Positions 26,370-60,752 of a stretch of DNA of 64,000 nt are shown piece after piece (the first letter of the stretch is position 1; each line of letters starts with the position of its first letter). The DNA comes from Amoebidium appalachense (lineage: Eukaryota > Protista > Ichthyosporea). The stretch is taken from assembly GCA_963693365.1 (NCBI GenBank), contig CAVNZM010000006.1, positions 9,737,355 through 9,801,354 of the forward strand, written 5' to 3'. The position numbers and the translations under genes are program-made. Below the pieces are notes generated by a model. It was not told where the DNA came from. It saw only the letters and a list, made by a program, of their open reading frames with translations, and did no database searches.

Positions 26370-27532
26370 CACATGGCCACTCATGGCTATCACGACCACT
26401 CATAATTACGTACACACCGATACCTATAAGGCCACCCATAGGATTCATGATCATCAGGGCCCAAAAAGTGGCTCACACAATGACACACAAACACGTGGCA
26501 TGTACATGCAGTGCGTAGGCTCCTGTGCTTCAAAGCCACAGATCTAGACTGCAACCAAGTTATTGTGATTGGCTGTTTTCCTTATTGGGGTGTACGTATA
26601 CGCTAACTTTTGATCCCTCGATCGACATATAGCCAACCACATATAGCTGTGGCTGGCAGCTGCAGATATCGATCAGAGCATCCGCCCACACCTAATATTA
26701 CGTACACTATAGTAGCTTGGTAGACCTAGTACGTCTGGGCCATACAGCTGCACGCGAGTCATTGTGTGGTATGAGTGAGACCCAGAGAATGCCGGAGTGC
26801 GCGAGTGTGGAGCCTGGTGGGCGGGTGCTTGTGTGCCACTAAATTGAAGTAGGTGGTCGAGGGGGTGTGGTGAGGTGGGTGGGGGGCGGGGGGGAGAGGG
26901 GGGGGGGGGATTGGAGGGGGGGGGGGGACGGCACTTGTACGTACAGCTAGAGCGATACAGTAACCAGTACTGTTAAAGTAGTCAAATTCAAAATTGCAGG
27001 CAAAAGAGGTTATATAATTATGTTGCCGGTGACTGCTGTGCAGTTGGGCTAAAACCTATATTACACATGTGGTATACGTACAGCATTTTTATGGACATAC
27101 ACTGTACTGCAGTACACTGTACACACCTTTGTGTGTGTGCATGCATGCCCTTGGGATGCCCGGTGTGTATCCACACATCTGTGCGAAGGCATTCATACGA
27201 CAATTAAGCAACGCCCCAAACATGACCATTAATGACAAGCGAGAGCCTCTGCCTGCCGTGACAAAGGGGTGCATGCAAAGGGCATTAGATTTCGTACTGT
27301 GGGTTGACTGTACTTTCACCATATTTAGTAGGAATATTGGCACTGTGGTTTGCATGAAGGTGTGTGCGGTATTGGGAAAAAAAAAAGTTAAACACATTCG
27401 AATAGAATCTGGAAACGGCCTGCACCCTAAACCATTCTAATCTAATCAAGAACAAAAAGGGAAAAGACAGACTTGCACTACGGCGGGTTGTCTCTAGGCA
27501 GCCTGCACACGGCACACAGCTGATTGTGCGGC

Positions 27533-27702
27533 TCAGTTTGACCGCAGCTGGCGCACCCGCTTGACCAAAGTGTCAATCTGTGGATTATTTACACGTGAGG
27601 GACGACACCCAGGTGGGGAAAGGGGGAAGAAAGGGCAAAAGAGAGGTGACGAGGGGGGGGGAGGGGGGGGGGGGGTGCTTGCGCGCACACGCGCGTGAAG
27701 TT

Positions 27703-27733
<31 letters not shown>

Positions 27734-28014
27734 GAGGGTAAGAACGCAGAAAAGGACCGTCGGAAAGCATAAGCCGGGAGAGTGGAAAGGAATCAGGGAT
27801 CGGGAGAGAAAGGCAGAGTGAAGGGGCCGAAAAGGGGGAGGAGGGGAGGGAGGGGGAGGGATGGGCGGAGGTTGAGGGCAAGAGAGAGATGAAGAAAGAA
27901 AGAGAAAGCAGAGGTACGGAAGAGAAAAAGAAGAGAGAGGAGGGAGAAAGAGGTGAAAGGGAAAGCACACCGGGTGAAGGAGGGGGAGGGGGCATAGAGA
28001 GAGAGAGAGCGTGG

Positions 28015-28109
<95 letters not shown>

Positions 28110-28552
28110 ACACACACAGCAACCCCCCCCCCCCCCCCCCCCTCCCCCCCTCCCGCCTTCCCCCTTTCCCCCCTCCCTCCACCACAACCACCCACCCACC
28201 CACCCACAAAATGCACACGCATGTACACACACACACTTTCCCCCCTTTTATTATTATTATTATTATTATTATGATTATTATTATTATTATTACCATTACC
28301 ATTACCATTATTATTATTATTTTATTTTATTTCATTTTATTTTTTGGGGGGGAAGGGGGGAGGGGAGGGGAGGGGGTGATAGGAAGGGGGGAGGGGGGAG
28401 GGGGGCGGGAAAGGAGAGGAGGGGGGGAAAGGGGGGGGGGGGGGGAGGGGATGGGAGGGGAGTGTGCAGGAGGGGAGGTGAGGAGTGCGGGGGGGTGGGT
28501 GGGTAGGTGGGGGAGGGGCAGAGAGGGGGTGATGGTGGTGGTGGTGGTGTGT

Positions 28553-28583
<31 letters not shown>

Positions 28584-28713
28584 GGGGGGGGGAGGGAGGG
28601 GGGAGAACTGCGCTATGGAGCACATAGAATAGAAAAAGAAACACACACATGTTCATGGGGAAGCACCAGGAGGGAAGTAAGTGCTGGTAGTGGCAGTGGC
28701 GATGCTGCTGCTG

Positions 28714-28757
<44 letters not shown>

Positions 28758-28759
28758 AT

Positions 28760-28814
<55 letters not shown>

Positions 28815-30951
28815 GGGAGTAGGGGGGGGGGGGGCAATCACATAAAGTTTGGCACACAGCACACACCACCTACCAGTGCCTCGAGTCGTTGGATGTCCTC
28901 GATGCTGTGGCGTTTCCTCTGCCTGTTCTTTTCGTGCATGCCCTCTGCCGTGCTGCCGTACTTGTCACACTCAAGCATGATGGCCATGAGAACCTCGTTC
29001 TCCGTCAATAGCCCCTTCTCCAGTTGGGATAGCCTCCCTCCCTCATGCTCCCTGCACACACAAACACGGGTGAATCGATGAGCCTGATACCTTTAAAGGT
29101 AGCTCTTATTTGAGCTGGCTCCTATTTTTCAAAAATTCAGAGTAAACATCTCGTGTACAGACAAAACTTTAACCAAGGGGCTGATCAAGCGAATTCTGTC
29201 ATTCTTTTGCCTAATCGTTCGAACCCACCAGGGAACCAGTCAGCCCCTTACAACCATAAAAAAGCTCTTTCTTGCCCGTCTACTTCACCCACGTTTTCGT
29301 ATCCAACACTTCGAAGGAACCAGCACCCTATTCAGACACACTACAGCAGACACTAACCATAATAAGAAGAGAGCACTTACAGCAACTGCTCCTCTTCCAC
29401 TAGCTGCTCCTGTAGCTTTGCTAGTCGGTCCTCAGATGCCTCTGTGTGGTGCATGTCCATTACTACGATTGCTCATTAACTCAAACAAAACGGCAAGCCC
29501 CCCAGCCCCCCCCCCCCCCCCCCCCCCCCCCGGGGGTCCCCAGCCCCCTTCCTCCTGTGCAAGGCCCCTTACCTACCCCCCCCCCCCCTCCCCCTTTCAC
29601 TCCCGGGAGGAAGAGAAGATTTGCCAAAGGGTGGGAAGTTAGTTGTACATACAACCCCCCCCCCCCCCCCCTCCCCCCCCCCCCTCTCCCCCCCCCCCCC
29701 CCCAAAAAATAAAAATGGGGAGGGGAGGAGGGGGGACGGGGGAGGGCGAGGCAGGGGGGCCGGGGGAGGGGGAAGAGAAGGCTTCATTCTTTCAAAATAC
29801 ACACGGATGTTTAATAGCATCCGGACACGCTCACGCTAGAATAAGAGCCAGCGCAGACCTCGGCAAGGGAAAGAGGTGGGCCAGGGCGAAGGTGGGGTAT
29901 GGGGGGGGGGGAGAGGGGGTAGGTTAGGTGGTGAAAGGCAGGAGAGAGCAATCAGTGGGACAAAGAGGGCAGGGGTGGCAAAGGGAATGAATTGCTCGGG
30001 ACAAAACACAAGCATCACGTCCCCATGGGGGAAACACGTGCATCCGTGGGTAGATCTAAGCGTGCCAGGATGTTTTGGAAACCCATTGGGGTGTTCCGGT
30101 GCATCCACCAGCGAGTATGAGAAATTCGAGGTAGTACATGCCCATAGGGGAGCAGTATAGGGTTGGAGTAAGTGGCACATCCGTAGAAGCAGCAGAGGAA
30201 GCAACATGATTAGCTATAAGGAATGGGGTAGCCGAGCAGGTAGGCACACGAGCCGGGGGGGCAGGGGGGGGGGGGGGGGGGGGTTTGAGGCGTTGTTGAC
30301 AACGGCAGAGAGCTGAGAACTTCCTGGGCAACCCCATAGCAGTGCACACATACACACTCGCAAAACATGTGTAAGATCTACACCCTTGGATTTGATTACC
30401 AGTTTGACAGAGGTCCTTTAATACCTAACAGCCAAGTACGTGCAGGTCCCCTCCCCTCCCCCTTCCCCCCCCCCCTCACCCCCCCCCCCCCCCCCCCCCT
30501 TCCCCTCCCTCCCCCCTCCCCTCCCCCCCCTCGAGCGTCCTCCCCCTCCCCCCCCCCCCCCCCCTTCCCGGTCCTCCCCCCCCTCCGTCCCCTCCCCCCA
30601 CCCACCCTACCCCTTCCCCCTCCCCTCCCCACAAAATTCCTAAGTTTATCAATTTCAAGCTTTCTGGAAGATGACAGTGACAAACCATCCCCAACCTAGC
30701 TGTGTCTCTCTTAGTCATGATAATTCAGGTACTGCTCATGCATTTGAGCAACACAACTGGCACACAGTCATACCGATTCTTCGTCGAAGGCTCTTCAGAG
30801 TAACAGCAAGTCCCTTTCCTCTTTCCAGCTCCGCTCTTCGTTTGTCGTGAGCTACCTGATCGAATACAACGTAGCCTATAAATCCTATGACACCCGCTAC
30901 TGCAAGTGCTACAACCAGTCGATCTCGGTTGTCCATGTTAGCAGCCATCAT
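27533..30951 (-). CDS. Small N-terminally membrane-anchored BAG-domain-like protein (Snl1-like architecture), 153 aa, 4 exons
   Basis: Exons 30951-30774, 29441-29381, 29051-28874, 27577-27533, phase-consistent (462 nt). TM segment LVVALAVAGVIGFIGYVVF. C-terminal ENEVLMAIMLECD...NRQRKRHSIEDIQRLEALID resembles BAG helices 2-3. The gene structure is solid; the BAG call is from motif recall. Confidence 0.72.
28017..28321. repeat. (GA)n ~45 units and (TAT)n microsatellites in an intron
   Basis: (GA)n ~28017-28106; (TAT/TAC)n ~28249-28321. Confidence 0.9.
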
Positions 30952-31599
30952 CCAGCTTGTGTCAGCGCACTTGGTACGGGTGTTGGTTCAATCGAGTGCG
31001 GGTATTGCTTGGGTTATTAGTTCGAAAAACAACCTTGGAAATCAAGCATCAAAAATTAGGTGAGAAACAAGTCACAGAGCAGGCCCACTCTCTTTCCTCA
31101 AGTCGTGACATACAAACAGAGCGAGGAAAACAGAGTGAGGAAGTTTCGAAATGACTGAAGGAGTGGCGGCCAGTCGGCCGGGGCACGCGGAAGAAAGTGG
31201 GCACCAAATTAAACCAATCAAATCATCGAGCGTAAAAAAAAGCGCGAAATTTTCTAATATTTGGAGCGAGGCAAAAAACGGCTCTGCCAACCTCTCCCAC
31301 CAGAAGGTCTTGCGTGTTGCGTTCGAGTCGAGCAACGTTTGAAGTCGGTGAAGATAGGCTTTTTGGTCTATATTTCCTGAGGGCGGAGGGGAGTCTTTTT
31401 GCTGTGTAGATATGAGAAAGTGTAGAGGTTATGCTGAGTAAACTGGGGCTGCAGCGCATTTGGGCCTTTCAAGGCGGTATTCGTTAGCTCGCAGCACCCG
31501 TTAAGGGGCCCCTAACAAGGCGACGAGACTGCCATACTAGTTTCCTTTTCAAACATAGAAAAGTGTTTATTGCTTGATACGTGCCTTTAGAAGTGGAAA
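30952..31599. promoter_or_regulatory. Short divergent promoter between the BAG-like gene and the coiled-coil gene
   Basis: 648 bp between opposed ATGs. CCAAT 31214-31218, GCGCGAAA (E2F-type) 31242-31249, TTTGAA 31338-31343, TTCAAA 31548-31553. Confidence 0.5.
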
Positions 31600-47594
<15,995 letters not shown>

Positions 47595-47719
47595 CACTAG
47601 CACAGTAGTACATAAGTGTGCATGATTATCTGACCTATCACTGGTTTTCTCCTCAACTGCCTGCTGATTTACTATAGCCTATATGCATTCTTCTTAGCTC
47701 TGTCCGATGCCCCCCCCCC

Positions 47720-47764
<45 letters not shown>

Positions 47765-48472
47765 AAAAAAGAAAAAGGAAAAGAAAAAAAAAACTACATC
47801 CAGGGATAGAGAGTTTCACCTAACACAGCAACTTTTACACATTCTCGATCCCTAATAGATACGTAAAAAAAAAAAACTAAGCTTCCTATGCCACAATTTC
47901 TTTTCAGCAACCAAATTTAGTACACCGAGCCACACCCTTAGTTGCCCAGAACATGCAAACCTTTCTACACCATAGCCGTATAAGTATTCGAAGCTAGAGA
48001 AGGGGGCTTGAATATTCCAAATAAACTGCATGTTGGCAGTGCCGCAGCAAACAGAGACATGCAAAGTGTGTGAAAGACGAGTTGCCGTCCATCAAGCTGT
48101 TTTTAGGATTAGCAGGGGCACAAAGAAATGTACACCCTAAGTGTAACGTGAGGGTAGTGAGAGAAGGGCAGGTGGATTGTATCAGTGACGAATGAATGTG
48201 TGTGTGTGTGTGTGTGTGCACGTGAGTGTGTAGGGGGGGGGGGGGGGAGGGGGGGAAGGCCTGTTGGAGTACGGTGTGATTGTTCGGTATACGTAGAGAC
48301 AGGTTATATATAGTATTTTTCTAGAAGTGAAGCCGACGAGCAGAGGGCAAAGGAGACACGGGAGAGATTGGAGGGCAAGCGGGAGGTGGAGTGAGGCACT
48401 TTCGACAGACGGGTGACGGGGGAAAAGATGTGTGTATATAGTATTCGCCAGGAAGGGGGAGGGAGAGAGAGA

Positions 48473-48505
<33 letters not shown>

Positions 48506-49286
48506 GGGGGCTGGTTCGGTACGCAAGGAAGCAAAAAGCACACAACCGTTGGCTAGGTGCACAAGCAAGAGAGAACAGGGGGGAAGGGGGGGGGGGGGGG
48601 GGGGGGGGAGAGAGAGAGGGGGATAAGGTTGTAAAGGGTACTTTGTGTGTATGTGTAGGTGCAACTGGGCCTGTGAGAGGAGTTGATGGCAAGAGAGGAA
48701 AGGGGTTTAAAGGGACGAGAGAGAGGGTGTGGAGGAGGGAGGAGGGAGTGAGGGAATAGAAATGAAGCTTTTTTTTATTTTTTTTTTTTGGGGGGGGGGG
48801 GGGGGGGGGAGGGGGGAGGAAGGGGGAGGACGGAGTGAGGGAGGAAGGGGGGAGGGAGGAAGCAGAGTGGGCGAGAGGGAAGGAGGGTAGGACCATAGGT
48901 TGGAGAGGGGCCCAGTGAGGTAGAAGAGAGACGAAGCTGAAGCGAGAAACCGGTGCAGAGAGAGAAAAGCTCTGCGGATACGGACAAATATGAGGAAGGC
49001 TCAACAACTTCAGGCGAAGTGTTTTAATCAAGGAGGTAGGAGAGCCCACGGCTGAGGATTTAGCAACGTACAAGATAAAGTGAAGGCTTCGGCACACCTA
49101 AGAACAAGTATCATAGAGCGTAAAACCAAATAAAAAGCGACAGCGGAGCGTGCCGTGCAAACGCGAAAGCACAGTGCACACCCACCATAAGGCATGACGT
49201 GCTGACATGCCAACCGTACACTTTTGACGTGGACCCATGTGCAGTCTGAAAAATCCACTTTCTCCGCCACCTGACTAAAGAAAAAC

Positions 49287-49348
49287 CTGCAAAGCAGGGA
49301 CTCTCACTAAATTCACTCTGCAAAGCAGGGACTCTCACTGAATTCACT
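49287..49348. repeat. 31-bp tandem duplication
   Basis: CTGCAAAGCAGGGACTCTCACTRAATTCACT x 2. Confidence 0.9.
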
Positions 49349-50573
49349 GTGAAATCGTTAAAATATCATATATGCAGTATCACTCTGGTTTTTGCTCGGT
49401 ATGTCCCCTTGGCATATATATAGTTCATATAGCTTGAATATACAGCTTGGATATCGATCTTTTCCTTCGAAAAACATTGTAAAACAAAATAACCTAATAT
49501 GTACATTTGTATAGACAGTTAGTGGCTAAAATGTAGATATCATTTCGAAAAGAGAGTTGAACTCGGTGAGTCCCTCACGTTTGTTGTTGTCGACATCGAC
49601 AGCGCAAACGTGCAATAATACTGTACATTTTCGAACTATATGGGGTACCATAGAAAATTCGTGCCCGTTACGAGATGTATCATTGGCTAAATGTAAATTG
49701 AGTCAATGTAAATGTGATTGCTGGGGGCTGGTGTTTGTGTCATTTTGCAGTACTTCAAATCAGATGCTTTAGAGCTTTGTGCTGCGGTCATGAAAAACAC
49801 ACACACGGAACCGTTTTGGAGACGAAGATTTTGCTCCGTCAGGGCGAGCGCATCTAAGTTCAGCTACACTAGGCGGCGCATACATCTGATTCATATGCAT
49901 GTGTGAACTCTTAGCAACACGGAACCGATAAATAGGGATTTCGCGTTGCTTTTGCTTTATCGGCGTCAGACTTGATGGACGTAGCAAGCAACTAGCTTTG
50001 TGACACATGGACAAGTGTGAGGGGGAGAGAGACAGTTGTATACATGAATCCCTTGCTATGCCCTTCGTTGCAGAGGACACACCCTTGTAGGCACACCAAC
50101 GCCTGCCACTTCCGTGCTTAAGGCTTAAGCCTGGTAAGTTTTCTTGGTGTGCGTTTGGTTGCACGACTACGTCTGTTTTTCCGTGGGTGAGCGTGTTCGT
50201 CCGGGAAGCTGCTACGGGCTCGATCATCTTAGCAACTGCGAGGCATATAGCTGCGCAGCTGGTGGGCACAGAACACTGCCACACCTCTGCCGACCGTTGA
50301 GCCCTCGTTGTGTGCAGGAGGACAACGTATGTTTGTTCAATGCACCTTCTTCCCTCCGTCTCTCCTCCCCACCCCCTCCCCTTACCCCGCCCGCTCCCTC
50401 CCCTCGCTCTCCCTCCCTTCCTCACACTCGCATTCTTTGTGAAGCTCTTTATCTGTTGCAAGGGAACACTCGGCATTCAACACATCCAACCCAGGACCTA
50501 ACACTGCTTCCTCTGCTGTGCCTGCAGGTCAACCGCGTAGTTATGCAAAAGCGTACCAAGAAAAAAGGCGGCT

Positions 50574-55511
<4,938 letters not shown>

Positions 55512-56057
55512 TTGGGTGCTTTGGAACGGGGAAAAGGGCATGTTGATGGAGGCGGATGTGGTGATTGTTTGGTCGCCGCTCGTTTCTTCGTATGTGGTTT
55601 TGTGGTGTGTGATGCAAAGTATGGGTTTGTATCATTCGGATGTCACCGTAGTTCTTGTTCGTGTTATTATGTTATTTGTTGCATAGGTTGCTAGATTTCG
55701 TGTTGGTTTTCTTTTGTTTGTGTGTTCGCCATTAGAAGTGAGTTGAACATGGAGGATTTGCGTGTGTTGTTGCCTGGTATATGGATTCATGTTGTGGGCA
55801 GGAATGCCCGTGGTATATTGTGCATTGGTAGATATGCACAGTAATGGCATGATATGACATACGAGCATACGATGCACAGATAGAGGTGTGGTGCTGGCCC
55901 ATAGGGGCCTTGCTTTGTGCTTTTACCCTACTTCTGATTCACATACACAACGAAAGGTATATGTATGTTGCCTCAATGCACATAGAGAAGTGTTGTCAGA
56001 ACACATACATCGAGTAATCAATCACACACACTTATACACCCGACCCACAAGCGCGCG

Positions 56058-56124
<67 letters not shown>

Positions 56125-56924
56125 GTCACACACACACACACACACACACACATTACACACCACAAACTCAAGCACGTGCAAGTGCGAGCACCTTCACCGT
56201 TTCAGAACCGTCTATTCCCCAAACGTTTGAACCCTCACACGTTGCTGGTGGCTTAGAAGCCATTTGTATCGTGATCGAATTGTGTTGAGTTTCCACGTTG
56301 CCCTGTAAGGAGACCAGCAGACCCACAAACCTATGACCATTTAGGGCAGGCAGCGCCTGCAAATATGGTGGCCAAGAAGAGCAAAAGCTCGAAAGCAGCG
56401 CCGCATGGCCCGCGCGCAACTGCCGGAGTAAAGACTTTGGTGGTGTGTGCCTGTGTGGCCACAACACAGTAGACTATTATCTAACCATTGACCATGTGAT
56501 AGTGTGCCTGGCAGCTCGCCTTTCGGAAGGCAGTTTGTATTTTGACTGTACTTCACTGCTTTCAGAAGTGGCTGAGGTTGGCACAGTTCAACTGTTCAAG
56601 TTCAAACTGCGAATCTATTCACTACTGTAATGGAATGTGAATCAGGATCGATTGCAAGGTCCTATTGGCTCCAATTTACGCAAACCTATACTGGTCACGG
56701 TTACTGTTGACATGTACATGTGCACGTGTACAAGAATCTGTCGTGTCAAAGCACAAACGCAAACTTCAGCGGCTCAACGCACTGCAAGGATCTTGTCTCC
56801 TAGCTGGTAGTTCTTTTCTGTGCGGTGTGCCGACGGTTCCTTTTCAAAGCCTTTACTCCAGCTCAACTTCTTTGAATAGATCCATACAGGTGGTTTCCAT
56901 TGCAGCTAGGCTGCTAGGGTGAAC

Positions 56925-59703
56925 ATGGGGCCGGGCATGAAAGAGAAGGAGAAAAAGGGCCAGTCAGTTGTGGCCAAGAAACCTAAAGCGGAAGGGGGCA
57001 CTGTCAAGGACCCCCGCTTTGAGCACATGCACTATGATCCACGCTTCAAGGTAGGTAGCTTGATCATCTACCTGTGTGTGTGATGGGCTGTATGATGGCT
57101 CGGTTATTCTGGGTGGCATGCGGAAGCCGCAATGGAGGCAAGTTGTGTTTGTGTTTTAGTTATTTAAGTGCCTCGCTCAGCGTATCAGGCAGTATTTTGC
57201 TTGTGATCTCACGATCGCTGTTTGCGATTGACGTGCTGTCGTGACCTTCTCATAAGGCGAGTACTGTGGCTTATTTGACACTGTCTGGCACAGAGACTAG
57301 GCAAGAAGCAGACTAAGGTGACTATCGACCCCCGATTCAAGGGCATGTTGACGGATGACCGCTTTAAGCTAAACTGTAAGTGACCGGGGTTTGTGCTGAT
57401 ATTGCTTGTAGGGATGGAAGAGATCTGCCACATTTCCCCTGCCCACGATCTCATCCTCCCGGCCCCTCCTTTCGCCTCCCCCCCTCCCCTTAAGCCCTCC
57501 TATTTCTCCTCCCATGCACCCCTGCGATCTTCCCTTGTTGCTCTTCCACTGATATTGGGCTTGGGAATACAACTACACGCAAGGTGGGTGACCTGGTGTT
57601 AAAGGGGGCCCCTTCCCTTTCCCCCCCTTTCTTAGCATCTATCACCTTAATTCTGGAAACCCAATGCACCTTATTGGTCAGTGACGGCAGGGGTGCGCAT
57701 GTGAAAACGGGGGGGAGGGGGGGAGGGGGCGGGGGTGGGGGAGAGGGGAGGGGACACAATGACTCAGGACCAAAGTTTCACGTACCCAAGACCTGCAGCG
57801 GAGCGAACAACATAAGCATGGTGTATGATCTGGTATAGGCTCGTTGGTTCATAGTCTAAAGTTTGAGTTGCAGACACGGTGGACAAGTATGGTCGCAAGC
57901 TGCAGCGGACAACAAAAGATGATTTGGAGCAGTTCTATCAGCTGGGGGATTCAGACGAGGTGTGTATGATTGTCGTGAAATTTTCTTAGTAGTCTGCGAT
58001 CTTTCCTTGTCCTCCCTCTCCCCCCTGCTCCCTGCCTTTCCCCCCCCTCTTGCTCTCTTCGTCTCCTTCTCTCGTGTTCTTCCTGCTCTTCTTCGTGGTG
58101 TGTGTGTGTGTGTGTTGATGGGCAAGAGGTGGGAGGGAGGGGGGAGGTAGGAGATGGAGGAAGGCAGGGAAAGAGAGAGAAAGGGGGGGGGGGGGGGGGG
58201 GAGTATGTTGGCATGGGGATTGGATCGGTTGCCGTACAAACACCCAAAAAATCCTTCTCCTTGCCACCTGGAGCTCATACCATTGCTTCTAAAGAAAGGT
58301 AGTACTTTAGTTCTGTTAGTAGTAGTATTGGTAGTATAAAAGCTAGTTTTGTTAGTAGTGGTATTGATTGTATCAGCAGCTTACCAGTGCCACACTGGCC
58401 CATTCCTATAACAGGACGCAGAGGAGACAAGCACAAAGCCAAAGGGCAAAGGGGACAAGTCAGAAACAAAACCGAGCAAAAAAACAAAGAAAGTTGAATC
58501 TGGTGAAGATGAAGATGGGGAGGAAGGAGAGGAAGATAGTGAGGAGGGAGAGGAAATGGATAAGGATCTGGAAGAGGGGGAGGAAGAGGAGGAGGAGGAG
58601 GAGGGAGAGGAGAGTGAGGAGGAACCGAGGTGAGTGGTGTTGTGTGGGGCTTCTGGAACAATCATATATGCCTGTTAGCATGCAACACACACAGTGTAGC
58701 CTCCGATGAACATCTTCGGAGAGTTTTTATTACTGTGTGTGTGCGTGTGTGCGTTTTCCTTATTTTTTGGTGGCAATAGTGGGGGGTGGGGGAGAGGGGG
58801 AGGACCCGGGTGCTATTTTACTACCCCCCCCCCCCCCCCCCCCCCCCAATTTTTTCCCCAGACCACTATTCCCAACGTTCACTTCTCCCCTCTACACGCT
58901 GCTGTCAGTCACGTTACCTATGTATCATTTCAGCTCCATCTTCATTTCTCCTTTTTTTTTGTAGCTGTTTGGTGGCTGTTTAAGATGTGCCATTTGGCAG
59001 CGAGGTAGAAAGTCAATGCATCTCGATGGTATGAGAATCCCCCCCCCCCCCCCCCCCCCCCCCCCCAAACCCTGCCCCCGTGCGACCACCGCCACCTTCA
59101 CCACCTCCCTAGCCCCGCCCCGGCATGTGTTTGTGCATATGAATGTGTTTGCCTCTTTGTGCACGAGCGTGTGGTTGCCTGTTGGTGCATGTGTGTGCTC
59201 TTGTTTCTGTGTGCTAACGTGTATGCACAGGGAGTATGACCCTGCACGTGGCATTGGTGTCGAGTCCTCGTCTGAGGATGATGATGACCTGGACGACCTG
59301 GATGTGGACGATGGATTGGTGCGTGCCTGCTGCTTCTGGAAAGGGTTGGAGGAGAGAGAGAGGGAGAGGTAGAGTGAAAGGGTTGCAGGGGGGGGGGGGG
59401 GGGGGGAGGGAGAGAGAGAGAGAGAGAGAGAGGTGGTGGAGGGGGGGGGGGAGGGGGGGGTTGGAGGATGACGGGATGGAAATTCTAATTACTATTTTTT
59501 CCTTTGGGGGAAAGGAGGGAAGAAGCGGATGGCGGGGGGAGGGGGGGGGGGGGGGGGAGTGGGTCGGGAGAGGGAGGGCCAAGAGACAGGGGGAGAGAAA
59601 GAATAAGGGGGAGAAATGTCCAAAGAGAGTGGAATCGAGGAGGAAAGGAGAGGGAGGAGGGGAAGGGGGAAGGGGGGGAGAAGAGATACAGAGAGGGAGG
59701 AAG

Positions 59704-59750
<47 letters not shown>

Positions 59751-60053
59751 GAGTCAGAAGAGAGTCAAGAGGGGAGAGATGGTAGAAGTACGCCATTTCT
59801 AGTGCACATATCTCCGGAGTACAATGGGGCAGTAGTTGATGTGGATGGTGGGTAGTGGGACCGATGGTATTACACCGGCAGTTCTATTTGCTTTTCCTGA
59901 CACGGGGTGTGAGCAGGAGGAGGGGGAGGAGGATGACGATGTGGAGTTGGGGGATGAGACCAGACGGTTTGCTGCCTGCAACATGGACTGGGACCACATC
60001 GGAGGTAGAGAGTGTGCGAGGCACACACGCACACACACACACACACGCACACA

Positions 60054-60091
<38 letters not shown>

Positions 60092-60292
60092 CGTGTGCAG
60101 GCGCAGGTGCACGCACGCACACGTGCATGTTTATGGAGTATAAACACATTGCATACAGATTGTACCCATACTTACCTGTATGTAACGCACACCAGCATAC
60201 TTCCCTGTACACCCTTCACCACCCATCTATACCCCTCCTGTCGTTTTGTCGTTCATTTTGTATCTATTAAATCTTTTTCTTTCTTTCTTTCT

Positions 60293-60325
<33 letters not shown>

Positions 60326-60683
60326 GGGCTAGAATAGACATTGGTGTTAAATGCACGCCTGCTACATCTGTACCCTTCAGCACCATCACCCAAACTCACA
60401 CACATCCCCATCCCCCTGCAGCCGTTGACCTTCTCGTAGTGTTCAACTCGTTCAAACCCGCCAGTGGCACGGTGACCCGTGTTACTGTGTTGCCGTCCGA
60501 GTTTGGCAAAGAACGCATGGCTGAGGAGGATAGGTTGGGGCCAAAGGTGCTGAGGGATACGGCACTGCCGGCACAAGAATCGAGTGATGAGGAGAGTGAG
60601 GAGGTGGTGGAGGGCGGGCCACAGAGGCACAAGAAGGCTGATGAGGTGCGTGTGTGGGGGTGTTTTTGTGCGTGTGCGTGTGC

Positions 60684-60752
<69 letters not shown>

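Noticed and set aside
49769-50476. 235-aa minus-strand ORF
   Set aside because: It overlaps the probable CAF1 5' UTR and intron, has no recognisable motif, and lacks the GC3 bias of real exons.
58500-58629. Purine-rich GAG/GAA run as a simple repeat
   Set aside because: It encodes the normal acidic region of ESF1.
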